Positions 26,376 through 35,806 of a DNA stretch of 64,000 nt are shown one piece after another (positions within the stretch are counted from its first letter, which is position 1; each line of letters begins with the position of its first letter). The stretch is from NCBI RefSeq assembly GCF_044324875.1, contig NZ_CP172188.1; one strand, written 5' to 3'. The position numbers and the translations under genes are program-made. This stretch comes from Escherichia coli. Its GTDB lineage: Bacteria > Pseudomonadota > Gammaproteobacteria > Enterobacterales > Enterobacteriaceae. The notes beneath the pieces are model-generated. The model was not told where the DNA came from. It saw nothing but the letters and a program-made list of their open reading frames with translations, and did no database searches.

Positions 26376-27181
26376 TGCTTGATTCAATAGGTGAAGTTAA
26401 AGCCTTCAAAATTCTGTCAGATGCCGGTATCTCTACACCAGAATCTATAACCATAAGCCGGGCAGCTTCTGTAAAAGCCTCATCGCTCGCCAGCGCCATA
26501 CAGGGAATAGTTCACGCCGATAAAACCTATCCTGATTCTGTTTCGGCCTGGACTACTCAATTGCTTGGCTTTTCTGAACAGCTCAATGAGGCCAGCAAAG
26601 CGTCTTCATCACTGGCTGATTCTCTTTCCCCATACACCAAGCCATCAGAGCTGTTACAGATGAAGATTGGCTGGGAATGCTACGCAAAAGGTAACGAGCT
26701 GACCCCCATACCTGCTTTCGCCCTTGTTGAGGGAATGGGGAATGTTTCCATTCCGCAATCTCTAACGGACGCATTGACGGCGCTAAAACTTGATGCTCTG
26801 AAAACCGCCATGAACGCCATTAACGCAAAAATTGAAGCTGCCGGAAGTGCTGGTGGTGGTGAAAGCAATGGTGGACAGGGTGGTGCTGGGGGCGCTCAGG
26901 CTCCAGTCATTACTCAGGATGAAATTGATGCTTTACGGGAAGCAGTGACAGCCGCCGAAGTTTTACTCTCCGAAATTAACTCAGCAAGTGAGGGTGTCGT
27001 AGCCCTTACAGGTCGCATTAAAACGTCAACCACTCAGGCAACCAAAGGTTTAGAGAACGCTGTCGCCATCACGTTAACTGGTTCTCTACTGGATGATGCA
27101 GTAATGAGTCCGGCAATCAGTTTAATCATGCCACAAGGCGTTATTGATGCGCTCCAAAAGAACACCAAAAAGGAACCATAG
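26375..27181 (+). CDS. hypothetical two-domain protein with a Gly-rich linker, coupled to the PAAR gene
   Basis: Start ATG overlaps the PAAR stop (TAATG); internal linker AAGSAGGGESNGGQGGAGGAQAPV. Confidence 0.45.
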   Translation: MLDSIGEVKAFKILSDAGISTPESITISRAASVKASSLASAIQGIVHADKTYPDSVSAWTTQLLGFSEQLNEASKASSSLADSLSPYTKPSELLQMKIGWECYAKGNELTPIPAFALVEGMGNVSIPQSLTDALTALKLDALKTAMNAINAKIEAAGSAGGGESNGGQGGAGGAQAPVITQDEIDALREAVTAAEVLLSEINSASEGVVALTGRIKTSTTQATKGLENAVAITLTGSLLDDAVMSPAISLIMPQGVIDALQKNTKKEP

Positions 27182-27206
27182 AAACACCACTTAGGCACAC
27201 AAAAGG

Positions 27207-27710
27207 ATGTATATTGGTACATGTTTAACACCAAAAATGAACCTGAAGAGGATGGTTTTGAAAAAGATAATTTTGATTGTAATTGCGCTTTTAGCCATTT
27301 CTGGAATTTACCGAACAACGACGGCAGTTATCGAACACATCAGGTATGTCCGATCGCTTGAAGACTCAAAATCACAACTGGAAAGCACGAACAACACGCT
27401 TTCTACCGCATTACAGTTAAGTGAGAACGCTCGCTCAGCCATGCTGACCGAAAACGAAAGAATTAAAGCACTGGAAAAGGAGTACCAGCGCAAAACAGCA
27501 GAACTGAATGCCAACCTAATCAAACAACGAGAGGAAAGCCAGAATGAAATCACTCGCCTTGAAAATGCGTTGCGCCGTGCTGGGATTAACGATGTGCGTG
27601 TGCCTGATGACGTTATCAGGATGCAGCGGGAACGGGCAAAAGCCATCAACCAGCGTGCCAGTGAAAATTACCGTAGAAGCCACCAGCAAGCCGCAGGCAA
27701 ATCTGATTGA
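27207..27710 (+). CDS. i-spanin (Rz-like): N-terminal membrane anchor plus coiled coil
   Basis: Hydrophobic IILIVIALLAISGIY then heptad-rich region; start ambiguous (27207, 27237 or 27252). Confidence 0.55.
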   Translation: MYIGTCLTPKMNLKRMVLKKIILIVIALLAISGIYRTTTAVIEHIRYVRSLEDSKSQLESTNNTLSTALQLSENARSAMLTENERIKALEKEYQRKTAELNANLIKQREESQNEITRLENALRRAGINDVRVPDDVIRMQRERAKAINQRASENYRRSHQQAAGKSD

Positions 27711-27870
27711 TTACTCCCCTTGTTTAGTGCCAGAGGACACGCCAGTGCTGTTAAACAAGTATCCGACATACGCTGAACAGTTATTCAGCACGATCGACGA
27801 ATGCAACCAACGAAACGCACTGAATAACCAAAGAAACAGGGAGATTTGGGAAGGGAAGGGGCGGCAGTGA
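27544..27870 (+). CDS. o-spanin (Rz1-like lipoprotein), overlapping Rz in another frame
   Basis: Signal peptide with lipobox LSGC; Pro-rich mature part; begins inside the Rz gene in a different frame and extends past it; GAGAGGAAAG Shine-Dalgarno. Confidence 0.6.
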   Translation: MKSLALKMRCAVLGLTMCVCLMTLSGCSGNGQKPSTSVPVKITVEATSKPQANLIDYSPCLVPEDTPVLLNKYPTYAEQLFSTIDECNQRNALNNQRNREIWEGKGRQ

Positions 27871-27896
27871 GCTTCACAAAATCTATATAGCTATTT

Positions 27897-27909
27897 TATG
27901 TTAGAAAAA
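27897..27909 (+). promoter_or_regulatory. copy of dispersed motif (TATGTTAGAAAAA) ~50 bp upstream of the module B promoter
   Basis: See findings. Confidence 0.35.
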
Positions 27910-27961
27910 TAATTTGAATTTTCGAACATAAACAATAAAATAAATCATCAAAAATTTGATG

Positions 27962-27990
27962 TTGATCTTCCATGTTTTCAGGCTTATATT
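27962..27990 (+). promoter_or_regulatory. sigma70-like promoter of module B
   Basis: TTGATC - 17 bp - TATATT; identical sequence in module D and, reverse-complemented, in module C. Confidence 0.5.
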
Positions 27991-27996
27991 CACGCC

Positions 27997-28237
27997 GTTG
28001 CAGCAAATTCTGCGACCGGGTTTAGCAGCCTGAATGTACATGCGGACAACCGCAGATATCCGATATTGCGGTATTTTTGTGTCCGTAAAACCATGTTACG
28101 CCCGAATTATGGTGGGGCGTGATGGGGAGGCTTCGGCCTGCTGGTTTCATGTACGCCAGTCTGCTAACCCCGTCACGTCCTGCCACCCGTTTAGCAGCGG
28201 GTAGCAGGTTGTTAAACCTGTACATGAGGCCGTAACT
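27997..28237 (+). ncRNA. structured leader with an embedded c4-like antisense regulator and two target sites (module B)
   Basis: Elements TTAGCAG/GTACATG at 28022-28042 and 28191-28226 (the second abuts the GAGG Shine-Dalgarno) are complementary to CATGTAC/CTGCTAA at 28148-28167; the complementarity is kept by compensatory changes in modules C and D. Confidence 0.5.
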
Positions 28238-28462
28238 ATGGTTAATGCCAATCCTTGCTCACGTCCAGAATTCATCTGGCGTTTTCACTCCCTGCAAAAA
28301 CACTGCGATCACTTCGCAATTGCCGCAACTGAAAAAGAAGCCCGTTCTCTGATCCCTGATCAGTATGGTGTTCTTACTGGTCGTTTCTCTACTTCCCCAC
28401 AACCAAACACTAATCCCTGGTATCGCAATATTACCAATCCCGGAATTGCGGAGGCACACTGA
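28238..28462 (+). CDS. small protein upstream of the antirepressor (Icd-position ORF, module B)
   Basis: 74 aa; TGATG coupling to the next gene. Confidence 0.65.
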   Translation: MVNANPCSRPEFIWRFHSLQKHCDHFAIAATEKEARSLIPDQYGVLTGRFSTSPQPNTNPWYRNITNPGIAEAH

Positions 28463-29382
28463 TGGATATCTGCATTCTTGAAAAGCCATCAATGACCAGC
28501 ATTGAGATCGCGGAGCTGGTGGGAAGTCGTCCAGATAACGTAAAAATATCAATAGAGCGCCTGGCTAAATCTGGAGTTATTCAACTTCCTGCATTGCAGG
28601 TTTTCGAAAAAATCAATAACTTAGGACTACGCCGTAGTGTCGAGGCTTACGTCTTCGAAGGCGAGCAAGGCAAACGAGACAGCATTATTGTCGTTGCGCA
28701 GCTCTCTCCCGAATTCACCGCCCGGCTGGTGGACCGCTGGCGCGAACTGGAAGAACAAGTACGCCAGCCGTTGACCGAAATAGAGATGATCGCCGCAATG
28801 GCTGCAAATGCAGTTCAGCAGCAAAAGCGGCTTCATGTTGTTGAGTCAAAGGTTAGCCAGGTTGCTGAAACCGTCGAGCAGATCAAGAAGGGCAACATGC
28901 CAGAAGGTTACATTGGCTACCGCCAGCTGGCGGCGAAATGTGGCCTGACTGAAGCCAAATGTCGCAACCTGGTTAACGCTTTCCGGATTCCCACCGATAC
29001 GCATGAGTTTTTAACTCCAGATGGTTTGCTTGCGCGACGCTCCATTGTGGCCCTGGCCCCCTTCCGGAAAGCCTTTAAGCAGGTGATGTCGGAGGCAGAA
29101 CCACGCAACAAACGCTGGTATCATCCGAAGATGGGGCTGTTTCAGGCAATCCATCATCCTGTGCCTGAAAGCCCAAAGGATAATCTGTCACTACATACCG
29201 TCAGAGAGAAGATCAGGACTGGATACGCAACAGTGTGTCGTCGTTCTTCCTGGCCTGAAGGTATATGGGTGTGGCCCGAAGGTGGATCACGAAAGCACTG
29301 GCGCACTATCCGGGACGGGAAAATCCATGCTATTGATTTAGCGCCAGAGGATATTGTTGCTACGGACTGGATTGTTAGTTAA
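28462..29382 (+). CDS. phage antirepressor-type protein (Rha-like N-domain), module B
   Basis: 306 aa; N-terminus ...MTSIEIAELVGSRPDNVKISIERL...; conserved C-terminal domain. Confidence 0.65.
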   Translation: MDICILEKPSMTSIEIAELVGSRPDNVKISIERLAKSGVIQLPALQVFEKINNLGLRRSVEAYVFEGEQGKRDSIIVVAQLSPEFTARLVDRWRELEEQVRQPLTEIEMIAAMAANAVQQQKRLHVVESKVSQVAETVEQIKKGNMPEGYIGYRQLAAKCGLTEAKCRNLVNAFRIPTDTHEFLTPDGLLARRSIVALAPFRKAFKQVMSEAEPRNKRWYHPKMGLFQAIHHPVPESPKDNLSLHTVREKIRTGYATVCRRSSWPEGIWVWPEGGSRKHWRTIRDGKIHAIDLAPEDIVATDWIVS

Positions 29383-29389
29383 TTACTGT

Positions 29390-29413
29390 TGCCCCGGCCT
29401 GTCCGGGGCTTTC
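29390..29413 (+). terminator. conserved hairpin / terminator after module B
   Basis: ccccgg-cctgt-ccgggg followed by cttt. Confidence 0.5.
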
Positions 29414-29417
29414 GTGA

Positions 29418-29822
29418 CTAAAAATCTGTTCGCTGTCGCCATGCGTTTTTTAACTCAGGAATATCCGCCATTTCAATTAACTTGCGAAGTCCAGCACTGA
29501 CTTTCCCATTGCCAACCATAGCAAGCCAATCTCTTACAGCTTTCGGCATGTAGAGCGTTGCAGTTACCGGCTCTTCAACCCTGGCAGGACATCCGCATAC
29601 AGGCCATTTAATTGATTCCATAACTTCGGATGCCGGGGTGAGGGCGGGGACATTGAGTATATCTCTACCAGAAAACTGGATAACGATCCGTTCAGCGAGC
29701 GAGAGTATCTCACTTTCGGCAAGAATTGATGCCAACTGCGCCTCAACAAGAAAGCGACTTGTTGTGTTCAGAGAGTGGCTCTTAGCGCCATTTTTATACG
29801 AAACAAAGATTCGATACGCCAT
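29418..29822 (-). CDS. hypothetical protein (134 aa)
   Basis: ORF; its start lies 12 bp from a copy of the dispersed motif (29834-29848). Confidence 0.45.
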   Translation of the reverse strand: MAYRIFVSYKNGAKSHSLNTTSRFLVEAQLASILAESEILSLAERIVIQFSGRDILNVPALTPASEVMESIKWPVCGCPARVEEPVTATLYMPKAVRDWLAMVGNGKVSAGLRKLIEMADIPELKNAWRQRTDF

Positions 29823-29980
29823 AACTCTAATGATTTGTGTTAGAAAACTAAAATTAAATCACATAACAACATGTGTGTTAATAGATTTTATTTTACTAAA
29901 CCTATTGACTAAATCACAAAGTAGGTATTGTTAGCCCGTCAAAAGAACCTTCACGCCGCGCCCGAATTTAGGGCTTAACC

Positions 29981-31678
29981 GTGAATAAAAACATTCAGCC
30001 AGCTCGTGATCGCGAGCGCGAGATTATGAATCGGGCGGCAAGCGTCATGGCTATGACCGTCGATCCGACCACCGATGCAGCAGGCAACATGATTGCTGAC
30101 CAGGCAGTAATGATGGAAAACCTGGATAAAGCAATCCAGAAAGTGCCTATGTTTGAAGGCGTAAATCCAGAGGTCGCTCGTCAGATCACTGGTGGGTGGG
30201 CTATGTCTCTGCATGAGTATAAACGTCAACATGGTCATTACCCGGCAAGTGACATCCTGGCGAACGCACACATGGCTCTTGAACGCCTGATGACTGAATG
30301 TGCCAGTGATACCCATGAAGGCACGGGTAAGGCAATGTTTGAGTCTGTCGCGCAATCAATGCGTAGCTCTGACGGCGTAATGAAAGTTGCTCAATATGCT
30401 GCTCTAATTCTGCCTGCCTCTCTGGGCGCTGCTACCAGTGATGCCTGTACTTTTGTTCCTTGTGATCGTGACGAGTCAAATATTTATGAACTGGTCAACG
30501 TAGCAGGCACAAAATTCGGCACCTTCAAACAAGGTGACGAACTGAATATGCAGTCAGCTGGTGTTTATTCTCAAATGAAGCGCCTGTATACCCTTTCCAC
30601 TAAAGGGGATGGCAGCACCAAAACCTTCCAGTTCGACATCCAAAATTTTGAGGGACAATCCTGCCCGCTTCGCGCTGGTTATAACAAACTGCTGATCAAC
30701 CGCAAACCGTCCAAAGTTGACGACGGCGATGGCAACCTTTATTTCAATGCTAAAGACAGCAAAGGTAATGCTTTCTCAGCGACTGCCAAAGTTGCCTATG
30801 ACACTGGTGTCATTGACATTACATTTACCCAGGCTCCGCCAGAAGGTACTGAAATTGCTGTTCAGGTCGAAATTAACATCGAGCGCAATCCAAGCCTGAT
30901 TCCGGTGATCAACCAGGCTATGCGTAAGTACGAAGTTCGTCCGTCCCAGTACGTAATTGCTTCCGAACACACCGTAATGTCCGCTTCCGATTTAAGCCGT
31001 GAACACGGCCTTGAATTGGCGGCACTTCAGTTCTCCGCAATGCGGAACTGGATCTCCCATGAAACCGACATCATGCGTCTGCGCACCCTGGTATTCCATA
31101 CCGTTTATGGTCGTGAATTTGATGTGGCTCTGCCTGAAGCTCAAAACTATGAGTCCTGGGTCGGCCTCCTGCGCCACGCAGTAAACGCCCTGTCTCAGGA
31201 AATGGCAAACCGCACCCTGACCACAGGTATTCGCGGTGGCTTCGCAGGTGGTGACGCAGCTAACTTCCTGCGTTCTCTGCCTCCACAGCACTTCCAAATC
31301 GCGCCGGGCTACGTTCAGTCACCGTATGTGCAGTACATCGGCACCCTGTTTGGCACGATTCGTATTTACGAAGTGCCGCAGCCTGTGTGTGAGCAATTCA
31401 AGGCTCAGGGATATGACTTAGGTCTGGATGACATTTATTTCTATGGTCGCGGTGAAGGCATCGGTAAAGCCGGGCTGATCGCTGGTGATGCGGTCCCAGC
31501 AATCCCGTATGTGCACGAAACCAATCCATCTCTCGTTAACCGCACCACTCTCTGGGGTAGTGCTATCAACGAAGTCCACCCGCGCAACGGTGAGAATTAT
31601 TTCGCCCGCCTGCGTCTGACTCGTGCCAAAGAAGGTGCTATCGACATGCTGACAGGCAAGGTTAACGAAAAAAAGTGA
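29981..31678 (+). CDS. large virion structural protein (possibly major head protein)
   Basis: 565 aa; GTG start with AGGG Shine-Dalgarno; function inferred from position at the head of a structural operon and from size only. Confidence 0.35.
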   Translation: MNKNIQPARDREREIMNRAASVMAMTVDPTTDAAGNMIADQAVMMENLDKAIQKVPMFEGVNPEVARQITGGWAMSLHEYKRQHGHYPASDILANAHMALERLMTECASDTHEGTGKAMFESVAQSMRSSDGVMKVAQYAALILPASLGAATSDACTFVPCDRDESNIYELVNVAGTKFGTFKQGDELNMQSAGVYSQMKRLYTLSTKGDGSTKTFQFDIQNFEGQSCPLRAGYNKLLINRKPSKVDDGDGNLYFNAKDSKGNAFSATAKVAYDTGVIDITFTQAPPEGTEIAVQVEINIERNPSLIPVINQAMRKYEVRPSQYVIASEHTVMSASDLSREHGLELAALQFSAMRNWISHETDIMRLRTLVFHTVYGREFDVALPEAQNYESWVGLLRHAVNALSQEMANRTLTTGIRGGFAGGDAANFLRSLPPQHFQIAPGYVQSPYVQYIGTLFGTIRIYEVPQPVCEQFKAQGYDLGLDDIYFYGRGEGIGKAGLIAGDAVPAIPYVHETNPSLVNRTTLWGSAINEVHPRNGENYFARLRLTRAKEGAIDMLTGKVNEKK

Positions 31679-31824
31679 TGGTGGCGAACGTGTCGGTATC
31701 ACCAACGTCACTTGACGTAGATGAAGGTGAAACTATCGCCGCGAACACTTCAAAGGCACAGAAAAAAACAAAGCAGAAGTAAGGCAAAAACACGCCCCTG
31801 ATTAAGGGGCGTTCAGGAGAAAAA

Positions 31825-32103
31825 ATGGCAAACATTCAAGTAACTATCACGCCATCTGACGCAACAGACAAATCTTTCACTGTTGAGTCAGATCACCCTG
31901 AAATTGTCCGGGTTGATGGCACTACATGTACCGCTCTTAAGGCCGGGCAGGCAGTGCTGACAATCAAAACAAATGACGGCAATAAAACCGCACAGTGCAC
32001 AGTCACTGTTAGGGAGGCACATAAAAGCGTAAGCACCGTCAGTGTTGAACCAACTACGAAAGAAGTAACCGTAGGCGATAACTTCACGGTAAGCGAATCC
32101 TGA
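31825..32103 (+). CDS. Ig-like (Big_2-type) domain protein, possible capsid/tail decoration
   Basis: 92 aa; beta-rich pattern ...FTVESDHPEIVRVDGTTCTALKAGQAVLTIKTNDG..CTVTV. Confidence 0.45.
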   Translation: MANIQVTITPSDATDKSFTVESDHPEIVRVDGTTCTALKAGQAVLTIKTNDGNKTAQCTVTVREAHKSVSTVSVEPTTKEVTVGDNFTVSES

Positions 32104-32170
32104 TCAGAGGCTGCCCATTAACCGTGGGTAGCCTTGCCTCGTTCTCTCGCTTTAGAGGATAAGAACCAGC

Positions 32171-33829
32171 ATGAATAAGATTAGTTTTTCGGTAGGGCAG
32201 GCAGCTGGCGTTGCTGTAATGTCAGTAAATGCTGACGCTACCCTCACCAATACCAGCGGTGGCGCATCCGTCTTTGCTGGGCTTGTAATATCGCGTCGTG
32301 GCGCACCGGGTAAGGTACTGAAAGTTGACGATGCGACTTATCAAAGCGTATTAGGTTCACCGATTCACCCTCGCCAGGGCGCGGCATTTGAACCATATCG
32401 CCACGTGGAGCGTGCAGTAAAAGGCGGCTCTGGATATGTCGTTCGAGTTTGCGCTAAAGACATGAAGGTGCCGGGTATTTCTGTTTCCGTTGTGGGCAGA
32501 GCAAAAGCGGCAAAGGCGAGTAAAGAACTTTCCGTTGAACCAACTGAAACCACAGTAAATCCAGGTGACACATTAAGCGTTGGTGTTGCTTCAACTGCAA
32601 CGACTCAATCAGTGACCTTCACACCCAAAGAGACGCCCCAGATTAAAGGTGGAGAGAAGGCATTATTCTTCATCAAAGATGGTGATGCATCTCAAAATCG
32701 CACGTTATCACTAACTCGCGATGATGAAGAAAGCGAACTCTTTACGCTGACGCTGAAAGAAAAACAAACCGATGGGTCCATTGAGGTGCTGGAAAGCCAC
32801 CAAGTGTCTTTCAATCCAGAAGGCACCAACGACATGGGCCAACCAGCATGGATTCCGACACTGCTTGAAAGCCAGTCCTCTCGCATTGGTGCCGTACTGG
32901 CAGATAATGCAGAAGCATCCGCTGCTCAACTCATTTTTGAGGATGTAGCTTTTGAAGGTGGTACTGATGGAAATCTGTCCGAAATTAACGCTGCAGACTA
33001 TCTGGAAGCATTAAAGGTTCTCGAAGCTTCAGAGGTTAATTACACCGCATTGCTGTCACTGGGTTGTTATGACGCATCCGCCTTAGCCGCAATCAAAAAG
33101 CTGGCTGAAGATGTTCGCGTAGACATGTTCTATGACCTGAAGGGCAACCAGACACCTGAAAACGCTATTTCAGAAGCGAAAAGCCATAGTTTTGGCGGCT
33201 CACATCAACCAAGCCGTTACTACTTCCCACTTTCCTGCCGAGATACCTTCACTGGGATGAATGTCGTCTATGGCATTAGTTGCGACGCATTCGTAGCGAA
33301 AGCAAAAGGAGTTGCGCTGGTACCGGATGTTGGTGGTTGGCATTACGCACCCGCAGGTATATCACGCGCGATTATTGATCGACAGAACATTGCCCGAATT
33401 CCAAATATCGGTGCGGTTGATCGTGAAGCGTTCGTTCTTGCGCGCATTAATCCAGTTTCAGTTGCTGCTGACGGGTCCGTTTACATTGACGACTCTTTAA
33501 CAACTTACAGCAAAAACAACTATCTGCGATTCCAGCATGTGTCTTCCTTGATGAACGCCATCGCCAGAGATTTCTATGAAGTAGCTCAGGCGATTAAGCA
33601 CGAACCGGATGGCATTACCAAAGAAACGCTAATGAAAGCAATGACTGAATTGCTTGACCGTTACGTTGCAGCCGGTGCGCTGGTTACTCCACGTGACAAG
33701 TCCCAGGGTGAAGATCCATATGTTGTTCAGGTTGTCCAAAAGGACATCGATCTGTGGGAAGTGTCCTGGTCTGTTTGTCCGACCGGTACAGCTCGCCGAA
33801 TCGTCGGTAAGCCAATTCTGATGCGCTGA
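32171..33829 (+). CDS. tail sheath-like protein
   Basis: 552 aa; C-terminal region GGWHYAPAGISRAIIDRQNIARIPNIGAVDREAFVLARINPV resembles the conserved sheath C-domain; PAAR and spike genes elsewhere fit a contractile tail. Confidence 0.45.
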   Translation: MNKISFSVGQAAGVAVMSVNADATLTNTSGGASVFAGLVISRRGAPGKVLKVDDATYQSVLGSPIHPRQGAAFEPYRHVERAVKGGSGYVVRVCAKDMKVPGISVSVVGRAKAAKASKELSVEPTETTVNPGDTLSVGVASTATTQSVTFTPKETPQIKGGEKALFFIKDGDASQNRTLSLTRDDEESELFTLTLKEKQTDGSIEVLESHQVSFNPEGTNDMGQPAWIPTLLESQSSRIGAVLADNAEASAAQLIFEDVAFEGGTDGNLSEINAADYLEALKVLEASEVNYTALLSLGCYDASALAAIKKLAEDVRVDMFYDLKGNQTPENAISEAKSHSFGGSHQPSRYYFPLSCRDTFTGMNVVYGISCDAFVAKAKGVALVPDVGGWHYAPAGISRAIIDRQNIARIPNIGAVDREAFVLARINPVSVAADGSVYIDDSLTTYSKNNYLRFQHVSSLMNAIARDFYEVAQAIKHEPDGITKETLMKAMTELLDRYVAAGALVTPRDKSQGEDPYVVQVVQKDIDLWEVSWSVCPTGTARRIVGKPILMR

Positions 33830-33866
33830 TTTATAACCCCCGCTAAATGATGCGGGGGAGAGAGGT

Positions 33867-34607
33867 TTGAATATGAAAAATTATACTGCTGATCCTTTTA
33901 TGCGTGCGATTTTCGGTTCTGGCTGCTTTGAAAGCGGTGATAAATCCACGCAGGACAATAATGATAACGCCATGCTGGAAAGCGCAGGACAGAAAGGAAA
34001 GGACACTCAACCAAAGCCCAAAGACGACATTGAAACCGCGATGATGGAAGCGGTTGAATCCCGTGCACAAGGTGATATGCGCAGCCTGGCAGCTTCCATG
34101 ATTGCTGGTTGGGTTGAAGATGGTGATCCGGAGGCTGACTCATTTGATGCATTAGCAATCACTATGGCTGGCCTGGCTGATATCGATGAAGACACCGATT
34201 TCACCGATGAGCAAATCGATGCTTATAACGATGCTCTCGCAGCTCTTGCTGATGCAGCTGTTGCGCTTGGCGCTGATCAGGACGATGTAACCGAAATGAT
34301 CGACGATGAAGATGACTCAGCTGCCGAACGTGTTTATGACGCTCTTTCCGAAAGCGACACCGACATGATGGAAACAGCTATTGCCATTTACACCGTTGCT
34401 GGTGGTGATAGCGCAATGCTGGAAGCGGTACGTAAAAAAGTGGTTCGTGATGGCAAGGTTACCATCATCCGTAAACGCCCGCGTCCTCGCCGCATGACGT
34501 CATTGCAAAAACAGGCGCTGAAAAAAGCACGCCGCAAAGCACATACATCCGTAGCGAATATCAACCGCAAAAAATCAATGCGCATTCGCAAAAAACGCGG
34601 TTTGTAA
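33867..34607 (+). CDS. acidic protein with a basic C-terminal tail (unknown; possibly internal virion protein)
   Basis: 246 aa; D/E-rich body, C-terminus RKRPRPRRMTSLQKQALKKARRKAH...KKRGL. Confidence 0.4.
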   Translation: MNMKNYTADPFMRAIFGSGCFESGDKSTQDNNDNAMLESAGQKGKDTQPKPKDDIETAMMEAVESRAQGDMRSLAASMIAGWVEDGDPEADSFDALAITMAGLADIDEDTDFTDEQIDAYNDALAALADAAVALGADQDDVTEMIDDEDDSAAERVYDALSESDTDMMETAIAIYTVAGGDSAMLEAVRKKVVRDGKVTIIRKRPRPRRMTSLQKQALKKARRKAHTSVANINRKKSMRIRKKRGL

Positions 34608-34655
34608 GTGACATAGGCCGCCTGCAAAGGTGGCCTCTACCTGGGAGAAATAGCT

Positions 34656-35252
34656 GTGTATTGCGGAGCAAGTTTAGCTGATGGCATAAGCCCTTTTTTA
34701 AAGGTTTATATTATAAACGAGTCCAATACAGATATGGTGGTCGGCTATATTGGAGAAGGTTCGTCGGCGGAATTAGCATCACTATGGCAATCCCCATTTG
34801 AAGATAAAGCTATGGGAAGTTTGTTAGGCTCAATTAGTGAAGCAGCGTCATCATTTGCCAGCATAGTTCAAAATTTAAGTGGACTGACAAGCAAAAGCCG
34901 ATTCAATTCCACGTTAATCTGGGAAGGACAACAGCCACCAGAGTTCAATCTTGTGCTGGATTTCTTAGCAACATCCAATGCAAAAATTGAAGTTAATGAC
35001 GCAATTACAACCTTATTGAAAATGGCCTCTCCAGAGTTAAATGACGTTGCGCCAATGGGAAGGATTCCTGAAACAGTCACAATTAATATTGGCAGAAACG
35101 TCCTGCTAACTGGCGTTGTTATCAAAAGCGTGAGTTACCAACTGGACGCCCCGCGCACACCGGAAGGCTATTTCACTCATAACACGGTAACCCTGCAATG
35201 CAGCGGTAACACATCGATCAACCGTAGCAATATCTCATCTGTTTTTGTGTAG
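34656..35252 (+). CDS. tail tube-like protein (tentative)
   Basis: 198 aa, downstream of the sheath-like gene; size and position only. Confidence 0.3.
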   Translation: MYCGASLADGISPFLKVYIINESNTDMVVGYIGEGSSAELASLWQSPFEDKAMGSLLGSISEAASSFASIVQNLSGLTSKSRFNSTLIWEGQQPPEFNLVLDFLATSNAKIEVNDAITTLLKMASPELNDVAPMGRIPETVTINIGRNVLLTGVVIKSVSYQLDAPRTPEGYFTHNTVTLQCSGNTSINRSNISSVFV

Positions 35253-35260
35253 GAGTATTT

Positions 35261-35752
35261 ATGTCCGGTTTTGCAAATACAAAAGCCGATATGGCCTTTC
35301 TAAAATCCCGGTTTAATAAAAACCTGGCTGCAGGCGAAAAACTTATTGGTTCTGAATATTGGATGACCATTAAGGGTTACGAACATCTGTCTGTACTAGT
35401 TCGTACAGCTCAGTTACCAGAAATGACACGTGAAGATGTGGAGGATTACGCCCCTGGTGGCATGAAATTCAACCAGCACGGACCATTACGCAACTCTGGT
35501 GAATTTCAGGTCACATGCGCGGAAACTATCGAAGGCGCAGTTCTCGCCGCTGTAAAACAGATGGTATACGGAAAAGAATATCTGGAAATTACCTTACAGG
35601 CGGCGGCTGAATCGAATAGCGGTAACCATAAAGGTCTGATCCGCACATATTCTCATTGCAAAGTGTATTCCGACGCCGTGGACTTCTCATCCGAAGACGT
35701 AACGGCGGTCGTTAAACCTTCCCTGCGCATTGTTTACAACTGGGCGGAATAA
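35261..35752 (+). CDS. hypothetical phage structural protein
   Basis: 163 aa ORF in the structural operon. Confidence 0.4.
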   Translation: MSGFANTKADMAFLKSRFNKNLAAGEKLIGSEYWMTIKGYEHLSVLVRTAQLPEMTREDVEDYAPGGMKFNQHGPLRNSGEFQVTCAETIEGAVLAAVKQMVYGKEYLEITLQAAAESNSGNHKGLIRTYSHCKVYSDAVDFSSEDVTAVVKPSLRIVYNWAE

Positions 35753-35806
35753 TCCCTATCCCGCCCTTGTGGCGGGAACATCCTTGTTATTGAGTTGTAG
35801 GCAACA

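Noticed and set aside
28022-28225. ORFs antisense to or overlapping the antirepressor leaders (28022-28225 minus; also 38338-38640, 38328-38528, 63097-63324, 63173-63373)
   Set aside because: They lie on both strands of the same segment. Differences between copies are the compensatory changes expected for RNA pairing, and the segment starts at a promoter and ends at a Shine-Dalgarno. I treat it as non-coding leader RNA.
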